A stretch of 64,000 bases of DNA. Origin: Polymyxa betae A26-41. Its lineage: Eukaryota > Protista > Endomyxa: Phytomyxea. Position 1 is the first letter of the stretch, and each line of letters starts with the position of its first letter. The notes under the pieces are model-generated. The model saw only the letters and a list, made by a program, of their open reading frames with translations. It ran no database searches and was not told where the DNA came from. The DNA lies in the NCBI GenBank assembly GCA_003693705.1, contig RBZT01000959.1, positions 2,077 to 66,076 of the forward strand, given 5' to 3'. Of this stretch, positions 11,804 through 26,561 are shown in pieces. The translations under genes and the position numbers were made by a program.

Positions 11804-14800
11804 CTAAGGAATGTCTCGTTCGGAAGGGAGTCTTCTAAATGTGATATCATTTCTTGGAGAATGTTCCTACGACCATGGTTAATACAATCAGACAATAGAT
11901 ACAGTAATATTACTTTTGAGATGGTGACAGCACTCGTCTCACATTGTCTACGCTGCTGCTTCAACAATTGAATTTGCGTTGTCTGTGCACTTAGAACGAT
12001 CTAATTTCATTCATAAGAATCACGAAAACAATGAAATAATGTGTTTGTACTTGGAATTCCTTCAATTGCCGCCCTGCACGCGTAAGCGCTTGAGATTGTA
12101 AAAGGTCTTTCTCTTGTAGATCTTTTAGGCGATTCTTGAGATCTAGAGATGAAATACGATCCAGGTTGATCTATCAGAAGTTTAGAAGCTGATATTCTGT
12201 TTTTCTTTTTTTGGAGATTTTACCAGTTTAAGAAGAGAATGGAACTGATTGCAGAGCGTTCGTCTTTCGCCTTGGATATATTCTTTCATAAACGTTTTTA
12301 CTTGAGGAATTACTAATACTACAGCTCGCAATCCCCTTCTAATCGTGACATTCAAATCAGTAAGTGTCTTTTTGAACATTTCGTTTTGAGACTGAACACA
12401 TTTTAACTCAGCCTAGAACCTTTTCAGAATGATATTTCTGGGAACGACACGGTGACCTGATAGAACCCCATTTGTTCTTGAGATTGAGATAATTGCATTT
12501 GTAATGATGAGCGGTCGTTCTCCAGAATGACTATCTGATTTTCCAACTTTTTTGGAGAAGAATTCTGATAAGATAACAATCAGGATGCAGTTTAGTGAAA
12601 TGATCGGTAATACCTGAACGGACTGGGCAGACAATGCCTGCTGAGTTTTTTCAAGATCAGATAGATGCTGCTCTAAAAGATATCAGGCTTTGAATGATTG
12701 CTGATTGTTAAACACAATACTGTTTAAAGCATCAAGTTTGACAACATCGAGTTTATATTGCTGTAGTTCAGCACGTGTGAGGTGTAAAGTGTCTTGAAGC
12801 ATACGAAGACGCCGAGAGAAAATCTGAGAAATACATTCAGCCATATTAGCTTATCAACAGTAAAAATTAGACCTGTTTAGCACGTCCTTCTCCGATCAAT
12901 AAAACTTTGGATCTATGTAGCTCTTCATCAACTGAACGATGAGCATTTCGAAGATCACGTTCGGTCTCTGTTAAATATTGAATTTAAGACGATAACGAAC
13001 TCACTATAAAGTGAACCATTTACCTTCCATATGATAGATTTCATTAACAGATTCTTGTAGTAGTCCAACATAGGCTTGTTTCTCGTTTTTAACGCGCTCG
13101 AAATCTTCTAGAATCCTGTACACAAAGTTCATAAGACAATAATGAACGAGATATAGATAATTATAACCGTGATTTCTCTGTGTTGGCTTCCTGTAGCCGA
13201 ATCTCTAATTCTGTAATAGCAGATGCAGCCTTATTGAGACATGAACGAAGTTGAGATATCTCATCTTGAAGTTCATGACCTGCTCGATTCCAGTGATGTA
13301 ATGATTTGGTCTGTTCATCATCTATATAGAGCAGTTCCTCATATCACAAGACAAATCTCTGCTTTTGTTGATTTCAAATACCGAGTTGCTGTTTCTTGCT
13401 TGCACAGCAATGACAGTATATCGGTAGATATGACGTCTTGCCACATTTCTCACAGCGACGATCTGAAAATGAGAATATTCAGTGTCAAGATAGGATCGCT
13501 CGCTATTCAAGCAGTGACCATCAAAATGAGTAAGATCGTGAAGAGACCCTTTGGATTTGCAGAGCGATGTCACATCCTTATTAGATGATCGCAAGGAAGC
13601 TAGTTGATCAAAGAGATGGGAAAGTTGTTGAAGTTCAGGACTAAATCTTCCTGGAGGGTAAGCGTCTGCTTCTGTAGATTGCTGATCAGCTAATAATATT
13701 TGATATCAGTAAAGCTGCATACCGATCGTGTTTAACACTCCACGAAAGCTGTGTACCAGATCAAAACAATCGTCAACGCAGCTTAATTTGGTTTGATCAA
13801 TAAAATCACATGAGCTGGTACGATCCTCCAACTGCTTTAACAAACTGTCTACACCTTGTGCATGACTTGTCTTTAGCTCCAACTAAACAGAATTTAGGGA
13901 TATTTTCGAGCAGCTGAGCACAGAACGAGACCGTTTCATTGGCAACGATCCGGGAAATCTCTTCGAAAATTTTACAGAAACCGATTGGAAGATCTACAGA
14001 TAAATGAACGACAGGAATTTCAATAGAAGAGACAATAAACTGATACCATCCCGGTAGAGATCATTAAGACAGCGAGCAGCATTTAACCACTTGATGGCAT
14101 CTGCGAAAAGTGGAGGATTAAATTTCGGATCTGTTTTTGAAAGTTGCAATGAATATCTGAAAGAATTGCAAATATTAAGATACCTACTTTGGATATTGAT
14201 GTGTCGATGAAGGATCATATTATTGGCATAAAGACAATTGTCTTGTTGGAGTATACAAGATTCAACTCGCTATCAACAGTCTAAACCTCAAATAATAACA
14301 AGTAAAGTCTACATACGTTAATATAATGATGCTGGATTTGACTCTCAAGATTATTAATCTGATTGACATGTAATCGCGTCAACTGCATCAGATCATCGGC
14401 CTGTATATCTATCATTAAGTCTATCTTCTGATAGCTGTAAGATCACCTCATGCTGAAGAGAAGCAATAATGTGCATTGTTTGGAATTGCAGCGATTCGAA
14501 CAATGATTTTAGTGAATTCTGAGCTGACAGCTCTTGAGCTGACAGCTGGTTGGAGTGGTCAAACTTTAGATTGACATCACCCAATTCCTGGCCAGTTCTA
14601 GATAAGAATATGAAAAACTTCAGCAATGATGGCATACCTGGCTAATTTCAGTGATTCGTTGTTCTAGTTGAACACGCTTGCTACAAATCGTATTGATTAG
14701 TCAGCAACAAAGCATTTACAGGTCATTACCAGAGCAATTCCTCAATCGAAGCTTGAGAACAATCCATAATTCGCTGAAATCCTGCCTGTTCGCCTTTACG

Positions 14801-17608
14801 AATCCTCTTAAACTCACGACGATCATGCTCATGCTGAGATCGTATGATATTGAAGGCTTTCTGAACGATGGAGATTTGTTCGGAATTTCTATGGAGGCGG
14901 AACGAAAAGAAGGTGATCTTTTTGGAAATTTGAGCTTCAAATTCCTGTAATGACATTTCCATTGCTTTTGGTAAAGATGAAAATGCAGCATACAGAGTCT
15001 GGAATTTAGCAGCCGTTGTCTCCAGCTTAGACTTCAAAGCAGATGCGCTGAACTCAAGATCTTTCTTGCTTTCAAGTTCTGACGATAACTCCTTAATTCG
15101 TGTCTGATACCGCCTAACATCTTCAAGAGCTTGATTCTTAGCGGCTTTCAGGGCGTTATTAACAATGTACAGCTGTTCACATTCCAATAATGAAGTTTCA
15201 AGCTCAGATACGATCTGCTTTTCACTCTGTTTGTTATCAACATGTTTCGAAATGGTCTTCTCAAGTTTAGAAACCTAAATTGATAATTATCATTATACTA
15301 ATGGGACTGCAATCTTGAACTAACCTCTGATTGCAAATACTCATTTTGTAATTCAAGCTCCATATTTCGTTCACGAAGAGTACCTAGCAAAGATAAGAGG
15401 CCAAATGACAAATTTTAAAGAAGTACTTTGGATATCGTCATTCTTCGATTCGTAATGATCCTTGATATTCTCAATCTGCTTAAGAGAGGTATCCTACAGT
15501 CAGATGTTAATATTGCAGATTGAAGAGAGCTAACTGTAGCACTTTGAGAGATTTCAGCTCACATCTTGCCTTTTGCAATTCCGCCTCATGCGATGAACGT
15601 ATCGATTGAATCTCTTCCGAATATTTACTTTCAGCTAGAGCAAGGGCATTCTCAGCGTCAAGCGCGCGTTTGTTAAAAATCTGCTGAAGTTCACAAAGCT
15701 CCTGTTTTGTGGTTCCGTATCCATCTTCAGTGGCCTTCAGAATCTGTTCCAGTTCATGAAGCTTTTCAGCATAGCTTTGAGCAATATTAGCCTGATGGCG
15801 AATCTCCTTTATATGACGTTCCTCGATTTTCCTGAGAGACTGATTGAATTGTGATTCACACTGCTGCTGAAGCTTCTCGTTTTCCTCCTGATGGCATTTC
15901 TAAATGACTCTGATTAACACATTCTATGGAAAATGGATTCGGTTACCTGAAGAGATTCAATTCTATCTTGAAGCATGTTCAAGTCATGCACGTAAGAGGA
16001 GCGACTTGAGGCGATTTCTTCTGAGAATTTTGATTCAGATAGCTTTAGTGCATTTTCAGCATCATTCATCCGCCTCAGATAAGTTTGTTCAAGCTCAGAT
16101 GAATCGCGTTTAGCAATTCGGCATTGCTCTTCAGACGCTACCAATAAATCTTCTGTTTGTTTCAGTTTCTCAGTGTAGTTCTGTATCAGCTCGGATTGAG
16201 ATTGAAGGTCTTTTTTGTACGTTTCTTCTACCGCCAGGAAAGCTGATTCCGCTTCCTGGACCGTTTTCTCGTAACTTTGAAGGAGTTTTGATTGATGTTG
16301 AATCTCCAGCAAATGATTAAGATTAGAATCCTTCAGTTTCTCAGCATTTTCCAGGGCTTGCTCTTTTTCCTTCAGTTTGATTGCGAGATCCTCATTCTGG
16401 GAGGATAAAGAATTGTTTCGCTTTTCTAAATCTGAAATTTCTGCTGATAAAGCAGCGTATTTTTCGTTCGATACGCTGCATTCCCGCTTTAAAGCAGCAA
16501 TTATTTCACGATAGGATGCACAGTCTTGTTGAAATTTAGCGTTATCAGACTCCAGATTAAGATATTTGTTCCGATGATGGTTGATATTGGCAGCAGCGCT
16601 TTGCAATTTAGCAAGCAATTGATCATTTTCGTTAGCATATTGCTGACATCGAGATTGAAGCGATGAGAGGTTAGTGCAAGCCATATTATATTCAATCTTG
16701 AGTTTTTCCAGCTCAGAGTTAACAGCAGATAGTTCCGATTTTAAATAAATAACCTGCTCTTCAGATTCCACCAAAAAATCCTGATTCTGCTCAAGTTCAG
16801 TGGACAGTCTCTGATTTAGAGATTCCTAAAGACGGCGTCAGTGCATAATATAGTCAGATGTTGTATCAATAAACCATATCTTTAAGTTGAACGTTCAAGA
16901 TGGAACATTGTTTTTCACAACTGGATGCACGCTCTATTGCTTAATAAATGAAATGATGATGGATTAAGTTGATTTAGACCTTCAATGGCAGAGTTAACAT
17001 GAGAAAGCTGCTGGCGTTCGGACTCGAGTTGAGCTTGAAGGCTGTTAATCGTGATGTGGGCAGCATAAAGTTCCGATTTCGACTCATGGAGCTGATTCTC
17101 AAGTACCCTGTAAGCAGCTTCATCACTATGAAGTTGCTCTACATAAAGCACTTTTAAAGAGTAATACGACGATAGCAAAGAAACAGGTTGACCTTCATAT
17201 TCTGCCTGAAAGCGTTTTGAAAAATTTTGTGCCTCTTCAACTTGTCCCATTAATTGCATTCGCTTTACAAGCAATAGCTCGATTGTATGAGCTTGGTTTT
17301 CAACAGACCTCAATAATGATTCATTACGTAGCCGAAGCTGATTCTGGACTTCCATCGCTTGTGCTAACTCTTCAGTAACTTTAACTGATGATTCCAGTTC
17401 GAAATCCTGGAACAATAAGAAACATCAGCACATCGAAGGGTTTAAAAAAGCACGAGCAGCAACTGAAATTTGTTGAACTATTTTGGTCAGAAAGTAAAGA
17501 GGCAAAATTGCAAAATACTTTGAATTTTTCTAGATGTTGGGCCATTGCTTGTAAGGCGGCATCTTGCTGAGCTAGTTTTGTTCGCAGATCAAGATCGGTT
17601 GTGGCCAT
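11804..17608 (-). CDS. Very large multi-exon coiled-coil protein
   Basis: Many heptad-rich exons from MATTDLDLRTKL (ATG 17608) to ...FRRLPSERDIP* (11804), separated by ~50-nt introns. No globular domain recognised. Confidence 0.75.
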
Positions 17609-17878
17609 CAGCGAGATGGCAGGCAGCGGGTTTGCTGAATATTGGTAATTGAAGATTGTAATGATCTGGTATGCAGGTTATATTGCATAAAGTGTTGCAG
17701 CGACCCTATCAATGGTAGTAATAGCGCTGTGGCCCATGACCTCTATCCGCGACCCGGTATCCTTGAATTTATCAGACTGTTCTCTGAAAGGTTCTAGCTC
17801 ATGTGCTGTGTGCAAACTGATTATCATATCAGGTTGGGATCGCTTGTCGCGAGATGATGAAGAAATGACACAAGCCCC

Positions 17879-19738
17879 TCATGTTCTGATAACCCGTTCA
17901 ATGGAAGAGTCTCTTTAATAAAAATTATGACATAAGGTGGATAAACAATGTTCAAGTTCTAGATCGTAACTGTTTGGAACTTGCGTCCAGTTCACGAGCA
18001 ATCATGTGCAATTTTCCCTCAACAGGATTCCAACCTCGCTTATTCTTACCCGGTTGATGAACGTTTGCTAACATGTTCGTCTAATTAACGAATTCAATAC
18101 ATTGTAACTTCATTAACGGATTGCACTTACAACATGCTGAACCGCCTGGTCTTGAAGCTTTATCATTTGCTCAAGTCGATTGATCTGTGCAGTCCAATGC
18201 TCCTCAGCCTACACCTATCAGAAATAGAAATTTTAGCAATAAAGCATCACCTGTGTAATGGTAATCTTCAAAGAAGAACGAATGCGAGTGAGCCGCTGTA
18301 ACTTTCTTTCAATCCATATAGCGCTGTGATCAACTTTTAAAATCTACAAATCTGCCATGAAAATCAATTCTATACGTTAAGTTAGCTTGTTCAGGATCGT
18401 TGACGTCAAATTTTGGTGGTCTGTCATCGCTGTATGGAATAACGAGTTCATGATCATTACAAGGCGAATATAAGGGAATCGAGGGGACTTGCAACTTCTG
18501 CAAGCAATGCACAATTCGTTCAATCACAGATGATAATTTCCTCAATGTGTCGCTATATGCATGGACCGAGTTCTGCAGAATGATAAGAACACAACTAAAC
18601 AGATATTAATGTAAACTACCTGAACTTTTTCTAGACTTTGCTGATGCTTTTGTTCGATATTTTGCTTTTCCTCGTGCTGGCTTTGTGACATGGATTTCCA
18701 TTTCTGCAGTTCATCGAGGAGAGCAGCTTCGCGTTTAGAGAAAGCATTTAGGTCACTCTCTAAGCGGGTGATCTTTAAGTAACTGCCGAGATTGTCAGAA
18801 TGAAGAGCAGAAACAACATGACCTACCTCTCGTTGCATTTCTTCTCAAGTTCCATTAAAGCGGAATGCTTCTCCTTAGCCTCGACATCAGCAACACGAAG
18901 CCGATCATATGCAGTAGAACTACGATCAGTCGCCTTATTGAGCTCAGATCGAGCATCTGCGAGTTCATTCTGGATTCGGGATTTTATGGCATCGCTATTC
19001 TGAAGTTTGAGCAAACAATCACTCAAATTGTCTTTTAGAGTGGAACAGCTTTTCTGAGATTCTGCTAATTTCTGTTCAAGATTCTCAATAGTTCCTTTTA
19101 GGTAAATGTTTTCGCTAACAGCATGATCGTATTGAGTGATTTTGTCTCGAGCTGTTTCATATTCCGACAATTTTTTGGTTAATTGCTGTGAAGCTTCTTT
19201 CATTTGATTCAGCTCAGACTCTGCAGACTTTAATTTTTGTTCTGATTCCTGCAATTTAAACGATAGCTGGTTGATAGTTAAATTAGAACGCCGAATCTCT
19301 TCCTGATTTGTAAGTTTTTCGTTGTCGGATTTGATTCTATTGAAAGGTAAGAAGACATAGACCATTCTTCACATTTTAATACCCATTAGAGGCCCTTAAA
19401 AGCTCAATGTCATTCTGAAGAGTCTCGATAACATTTCTGGCTTTTACCAAAAGCAAGTCTCGCTGTTGGACGGCTTCGTTTTTGATATCAAGCTGTGCAT
19501 TAAGCTCGGCATTCAGACGAACTAATTCGCTGATATCTCCAGGATACTGCTGAGTTAGACGCTCTTCCAGATGGTATATACGTAGTTTTAGATTGAAGTT
19601 CTCTTGCTCGAGCGAATCTGGCAATTGCCTTTTATCTGCATCGAAAGAATATACAGACCCCTGCGAAATCCATGAATCATCGACAATATGAGAGTGGAAC
19701 ATCATTAAAGAACCTGTCTTAATGGTGGCATATCTCAT
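17879..19738 (-). CDS. Coiled-coil protein with centrosomin motif 1 (CM1; Cnn/CDK5RAP2/Mto1-like gamma-tubulin complex recruiter)
   Basis: LEQENFNLKLRIYHLEERL matches the CM1 consensus and is followed by coiled-coil exons. Start and stop are approximate. Confidence 0.8.
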
Positions 19739-20166
19739 AGACAGATTTGATCAATGCCCTAAATATCATGTAGAGATTTCAAGGGGGGAATGCAGGACCT
19801 TCCGGATATTCACGGCCAATTTCCTCACGATTTTGGGTTCAATTTCATTCATGATAAACTTGTTACTTCATTTATGTGAGCTACTATGCATATTGGTTTT
19901 TTGGGTTTGAGCGCCCACAAGTTGTCTTAATATGCCGCAGGGATAGCTAAAATACGTGGTATTGATTGAATCACAGTCAAAGCAACTTTGTTGCTAAAGT
20001 ACGTGCTCTGCTCTACATCACATTCTCGACGATCCCCAATGATTCACGACGTTCTGAAAAGCATCCAGTTGAAAAGTTGAATCCCTGAATCATGAAGGCA
20101 GCTAATACGGATTCGCACTAATTGATATCTGTGAGTGTCAACTGGATCACTTTTATCAATTGAACC

Positions 20167-22517
20167 ATGTCCCGACGGGCTATTCGAAAGGCATTTCCTG
20201 AGCCAAATATTGACCAGATTAGTGATACTTCTAGTCATGAAGGTTCTGATCCCGATCTCGTTGAACCAAAAGCAGTCAACCAGTTCTTGGTTTTGAATGG
20301 TTCGGACGAATCTGATGCTATTAGTACAAGATCTCCTTCTCCTCTTCCCGTAAGGGCGCTGTCGCCTGCTAAAAAAATCAGCAAGAAAAAAAAGCAGGTT
20401 ATATGATGATAGAAACACAAATCGATCCATCTGAACCATGATAGAATCCGAAGAAAGTGAAACCTGATAATCTGGAAGAATTATCTTCTATTCAATTATC
20501 AGCGGTGAATGGTGTTATCAGATGATGAGGGCATGATGTTCACTGATGTTTAGGTCAACGAATCTCTGCAGGATTTAACACTAAGCACTACTTGCACTAT
20601 CGATTCATTGCTACGCTCTGAAGCCCGATATCTCGATGCCGATCGTGAGCTTAGGAACCTTTTTGGTTCATCAGTCTTTCGGCAAGACGAACCCGATTCT
20701 TCTGCTGTCCGAATTCGACGTCCAGTCAGGTCGCAACGAGCTCGGCTTCGAAAAACCGTCATCGTCAAAGCGAAGTGAGTTAAGTCTTCCTCAGAAATCT
20801 GTAATAATATTTGCGAAGAGACGAATGGAGTCATACCCCATTAAGTCAGATCGGTTTATCGATGCGATTCGATCCCGATATGGGGCTGTTCCAGTTTGAG
20901 ATGTCTCCAGAATATTTGAGCATGCAGGAGCAATTTGAATCGGCCTCAATGACGTTCGATCCGCAATCGATTGCCACTCTGCTTCAATTTCAGCCTTGGC
21001 ATTGTGATACGTTAATTCAGATGGTTACCTTTGTTCATAATTCTTGTAGTAACTTTGGACTCTAATAGACGGTTTCAGGGCGAAATTTACCGGGTGCATG
21101 GAGAATTTGCTTTGAGCGCTGATTTAATTGCTCGAGCTCTGTATGCGCTCGAGTGCAACTTCCATCCAAAACTCGACGTTTTATCTGTATACTTATTTTG
21201 AGTTCTGGCTCGTATGTATGTGTAATAGAAATCAGGGTACACCGTCCTGCTACCTGGATCCTCAATCACCGGTCACCCGCTCGTTTATTCGAGCTCTTAG
21301 GCGTCACATGCAGTTTAATGGCCGTAAGGGCTGTGTCAGGACTGCTTTTGAGATCAGCAAACTGTTTTTCAACTTTACAAGATCACCGTATGGAACTGAT
21401 AACTCCATATTAATGTTGATACTGACCTTATTATTAGGACACCTGCACTACCTTCATCGTTCATGATTGAAGCACTGATGCATATGGCCTACTATGCATT
21501 CAGAAGCAATGCTTTTCATTTTGTTTTAGATTTTGTTTCGAATTTCGATTTGTCCTTGACACAGAACATTGAAAATATAGATCAAGTCCCCCTCTCTTCA
21601 ACACTGCTCATGCTGCCTATTTGGTGCTTCGCAACAGCATTGGTCCCGTCGTAATATTCCCCATTTTACTTTTCTTAATGTTATTTAGGCTAAATACAAA
21701 ACTGAGAAAGAGCATGTTGTTTTCGACGATGTTGTTCTTGTGACCATTACTGTAAATCATGATGATGCTACCTCATCACTTCTTGTCCAACAATCTCTTT
21801 TATTGTATCCTGAAGGGCTGGAGCCGCTTTTGCTACAGATAAGGTTCATTATAGTGGTTCTGTTACTTACTTGCCAATTCTTGACGTTTTGATTGCTACA
21901 GTCAGAACGAGATATCAAAAGCAAAGTGGAAATCAGTATTATCGCACAGTCTATTTAGAAATGCCAGGCTTTGTTTACAAGACACTCCTTCCCTCAAGAA
22001 GTTGATCGATATATTTGTCACCAGATGCCATTCTTTATGGAAAGAAGACGATGTACGCTTCCTAGTTTATTTTCTCACAGAATTAATTTCAAATCAGATA
22101 TTGGATTGGTTGGCAATCAATGCACAAAGTTTGATCAAGAAGATGGATGATGGTTGTACTATGGTTCATGTCGAATATAAAGTTCTCAGTATTTTATTAG
22201 GGATTTGTGTCACCGATGAATTTGATCAAAACCGGACCGACTTCCTACAGACGGTTGCTTGTGAGGAAGCCTGCAAGCTAGATGTGTGTGAATTTTCTGA
22301 TTCAATTTCTACCATTCCGCTAGCCGAGCAAAGACAAATGGACGCACAGCAGGCTCCAGGTAATACGATATCGTTCTTAATACCCTTGTATAATGACGCC
22401 ATTCGTTATTAAGAGCATATTGTTGAGAATCCCTTTACTGGTCGGAATCCTTTTGTAGCATTTCTTGCATCAATGTTGCCTTGGGTTAATGTACCGGATC
22501 AGCAACAACAGCAATAA
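20167..22517 (+). CDS. TCF25: Ribosome quality control factor TCF25/Rqc1
   Basis: MSRRAIRK start, then FQFEMSPEY, LLQFQPWHCDTLIQM, DLIARALYALE and RKGCVRTAFEISKL motifs. Confidence 0.9.
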
Positions 22518-22555
22518 ATTTTCCTCAACTGTCATTTCCGTTTGGAGCGCATAGT

Positions 22556-24340
22556 TTAGTAGAGCATCTTTTCAGGCACTTCCTGATTACGATCATGGAA
22601 CTTCCCCGCTATCCACAAAGCACTGATGACTTGCTTTGCTGAGTATATAGCTCGTGTCAACATGAACATTGAGCCATCTACCGGTAGCTTCCATGGTAGT
22701 ACTGCACCGCTTGCGTTGGCTTTGGCCTTGTAACGTAATCAGGGCAAAACCAGATCAGCACCACTCCTCACTGTTTACCTCTTATATGAGGCTTTTGAAC
22801 CATTCTCCTACCGGTAGTTGTTTTGTCTTTTTTTGAAAATTGGGATTCAGTAACCATTCGGTCGAAAGCAACGAACGGCCAGAAGCAAGCATGTGATAGC
22901 CTCTGTGCGATAAACTTTTGAACAGCGCCTTGCTTAGACCCTACTTAAGTTTGAACGAGAACTTCCTCTCGTTTTCCTGATCGCATCTACAATAATGATC
23001 ACAAATGATTGGTGTCAATTTTACTGGGAACGTTTTCGTGTTTATTTGGTCATGTATGGATTGGAAGACGTAGGTTTTAGCCAGTGTAAGTCAGACATTA
23101 AAATGGAATCTACTCTGCCAAATACTGGATGTTCCATCTTCGGGTCGGCTCACTCCCCACTGATGATAGATTATGCAATTACTTCAATCATGAATAGGAT
23201 GAGGTTTTGTACGGAAGCTTTGCACGGGAATCCAGGTAGTCCAATACTTTCTGGCACAGCTCAGCGCTCTCCTCTGGCATTTGCGGAACTGAGCGTTTGG
23301 TCCCTGATCAGTTGACTGTTGGGAAGCTCGTGTTCATCATTACGATCTGCTGGAATCTGGTTGGATTCCCATCCGAAACTCATTGACTTCAGATCACGTC
23401 ATTGTTCATGGCCCATTCCTATTAGCATGATCATTGTCTTACCCTTGATGAAAGCGGATCACTTAAGCGGTTATTCACAGATATGTCCAGTAGATATTCC
23501 AAACCAATATGCCATGCTGAATTGATGTTTTTATTAAGCCAATTGCTTGGCAGTTATTGTGCCATCAGATTGATTTGCCCTTCTTGTCGTCGTGAAGGTG
23601 CCGTATTGGCGTTGACTGCTTTGAGGGAAAATGTCGCGCCAAGAGCTGGATCTGGAGGACGCTGAAGGATTTGAGCAATGGTGCTATCATGTTTATGGCA
23701 CACAATATGGGAGGGCCGCAATGCTTTTTAGTTTGTAAAAAAAGTGCTTCGCATGTACGACCTAGCCAATAGTTTGCATCATAAAGCTGAGTTAGAAATA
23801 CCGAGGCTGAATCTTTGCTTGTCCAACTCCAACAGCAAACCTCATCATCAACGCTACTATAGTTCGTGATTCGAACAGTACCAACTCTGGCGTCTCTCTT
23901 GCCGCCGTGATGTTCTCACAGCAATTCTAGCAGCCAGGTAGCAAACTGTGATTCGACGCCGTTTTATAAAAGTGCACCAATCGCTGTCCAAATTCGGTCA
24001 CTTCACTGAACACCCCCAATAGAAATCAAAAACATATTCAAAAACCTGTCTTCACAGTTGCAGAACAACGTTCCGTTCGCGCAGGGCAGCTTTATGGGGC
24101 TCGACCCATTACCATGCCTGGACAGGTAGAATACAGCAGAAATAGTCTAGCTCTCGAACTGCTGACGAATAATGTCGAAGCAATGGGATTGGCAATTAGA
24201 TTTAATTTCTTGTGACGATTGGTGATATGTTGATGGAATAGGGCGGGGCCTTCCATGAATAAATGATATTAGTGGGAGGAAGGAGACCTGGACAGTACGC
24301 AATGCAAGTGGACCACACCTAGTATCGCGTCCTTCGCATA
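22556..24340 (-). pseudogene. Fragmentary, Cys-containing spliced gene remnant of unknown family
   Basis: Exon-like frames (CCWLCEGRDTRC; LPCANGTLFCNCED; FGQRLVHFYKNGVESQFATWLLELL*EHHGG; ...WIAGKFHDRNQEVPEKMLY*) are bounded by GT/AG but interrupted by stops. I could not assemble an intact gene. Confidence 0.3.
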
Positions 24341-24584
24341 ACCAACAGCACTGCGTCCAGATCTATTTTTAACATCTCCATTGTTTTATGTTTCGTAATC
24401 TGTTAAGTGAGTGAGAGGAGTATGCTGCAGCCCCGTTGTCTCAGGTCTTTTACCTTAACCATTACAGATCCACCAGTGTATTCTCTATCTGAAGGCTCGG
24501 GATCAGAATCGATCTTTTGTCCAAGTCTCTTAGTACTATCCCGAGCAGACCAGGGTGCTCGTTGTTCCCTCCAATCTTGACACC

Positions 24585-26173
24585 ATGTTGCATTTAAGCC
24601 GTGCGCATCAGCGCTTTCTCTCAATTCCTATCAAAATTACAAGAACAAAAGGCCCAAAACCAAGGATTCCAAAAGAGCAACTTCTTTTTGGAAAAACCTT
24701 TACTGATCACATGTTGGTTATGGATTGGGTTAAAGGTATGATATCTAAACCCTTGGTTTTCTATTCATAATCAGCCCTTCATACACCTGTATCTAGAATC
24801 GAGATGGACCACTCCAGAAATCATTCCATACTCGTCATTTTGCATCGATCCAGCTTCAACAGTTTTTCATTATGCGCTCAGTATGAAAAAACTAGTGTTA
24901 TCAAAGCACTAATATAACCATGATAATCACAGGCTGCTTTGAGGGAATGAAGGCATATTTGGACGATTACAACCAGATTCGGTTGTTCAGGCCTGAGATG
25001 AACATGAGGCGATTGAAACACTCAGCCGACAGGCTTGTGATGGAGGTACTACTGAAAGCATTTGAAAGTATCAGTCTAATGATGATACATGTAGTGTCCT
25101 GACGAAGACCTCATGCTCGATTGCATCAAACAATTGATCAAAGTTGATCGAGATTGGATTCCAGAAGGATTCGGATATTCATTATACATTCGTCCAACTT
25201 TAATCAGTACTTACGTCAGTTAAGCGCTTTTTATATTTGCTGTTATTTAGCTATCTTTCAGCCGTTTCTTGGAGTGGCACCATCAGAGCAAACCAAGTTC
25301 TTTACAATAATGTGCCCTGTTGGCCCATACTATGCAACAGGATTCAAGGCTGTTTCGTTATTGGCTGATGATAAGTATGTGAGAGCATGGCGCGGTGGAG
25401 CTGGTGGTTACAAAATTGGAGCGTAATTGTCGCCTTTGCATGCTTTCATCCTATGGTTTAATATTGAACAGGAATTATGCTCCCACAATTAAAGCTCAGA
25501 GAGAAGCTGCAGCCAAAGGATTCGCTCAAGTCTTGTGGCTATTTGGAGATGATCTTCAGGTTACTGAAGTTGGGACTATGAATCAGGTTTACTAAGCTCT
25601 CTTTTTTCGATTCTGTGCTAATAGTAATTGCAGTTCTTTTTCTGGAAAACTCCTTCTGGTGAGAAAGAATTGATTACTGCTCCGTTAGAAGATGGGACCA
25701 TTCTTCCTGGTGTCACTCGTGACTCGATCCTTGCTTTATGCAGAGAATGGGATGAGTTTAAAGTGACTGAAAGGCGATTCAGTATTCACGAAGTGATTGA
25801 CGCCATTAAGTCTGGAAGAGTAATCATGTCTTGCTCTTATCGTTCGGAAAAATTAATTCTATCTAGATGCTGGAGGCGTTTGGTTCCGGAACAGCTGCGA
25901 TTGTGAGCCCCGTAAAGAATATCCATTTCAAAGGATCTGTATGCTGTTGAGTTAGTATTTGGCGTTCGACTGAACGTTCCTCACAGGACTACCCGATTCC
26001 TTTGGATCGTACAGATCCTATTCAACAAGCAGGTCTTCTCGCTCAAAGGATTTCTAAGACCATTCTTGAGATTCAGGTCAGATTCTTATCGCTACGATAT
26101 CATTTATCTGACTGGGATTGCGTATCTTCAGTATGGAAAGGTTGAACATCCTTGGTCTGTAATTGTGAAATAA
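24585..26173 (+). CDS. BCAT: Branched-chain amino acid aminotransferase, with a probable mitochondrial presequence
   Basis: [55 protein letters not shown] and EAFGSGTAA motifs. Confidence 0.95.
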
Positions 26174-26561
26174 GCAATATCGAATTGGGCTATCCATTAC
26201 ACTCCCTATCAATTTGCATAACTTGAAATGATTTGTTGCTCTTGGAAGGTTCAATCAATCATTGAAGTTGCTAAAACATCCGCACCTTAGACAGGAATAC
26301 AACAGTGATTACTATCTCAATTGAGCAGAAATGTTTTACGTGATGAAACAGAGAGAAATGATAAATAGCTGATGCTTGTAGGTTAAGTGGATTACAGTGT
26401 TGCTTAGTAAACTCAGTACTATGTATGTAATGTTACTGTTATGAAGATGCGATTATAATGGGACTTTATATAATATCATTCATGTGGATATCGGAGGACC
26501 AACTCCATTATCCTAATTTCCAACCCGATACTCTATTTGGTTTAAGGTGCTGTCTGGCATT

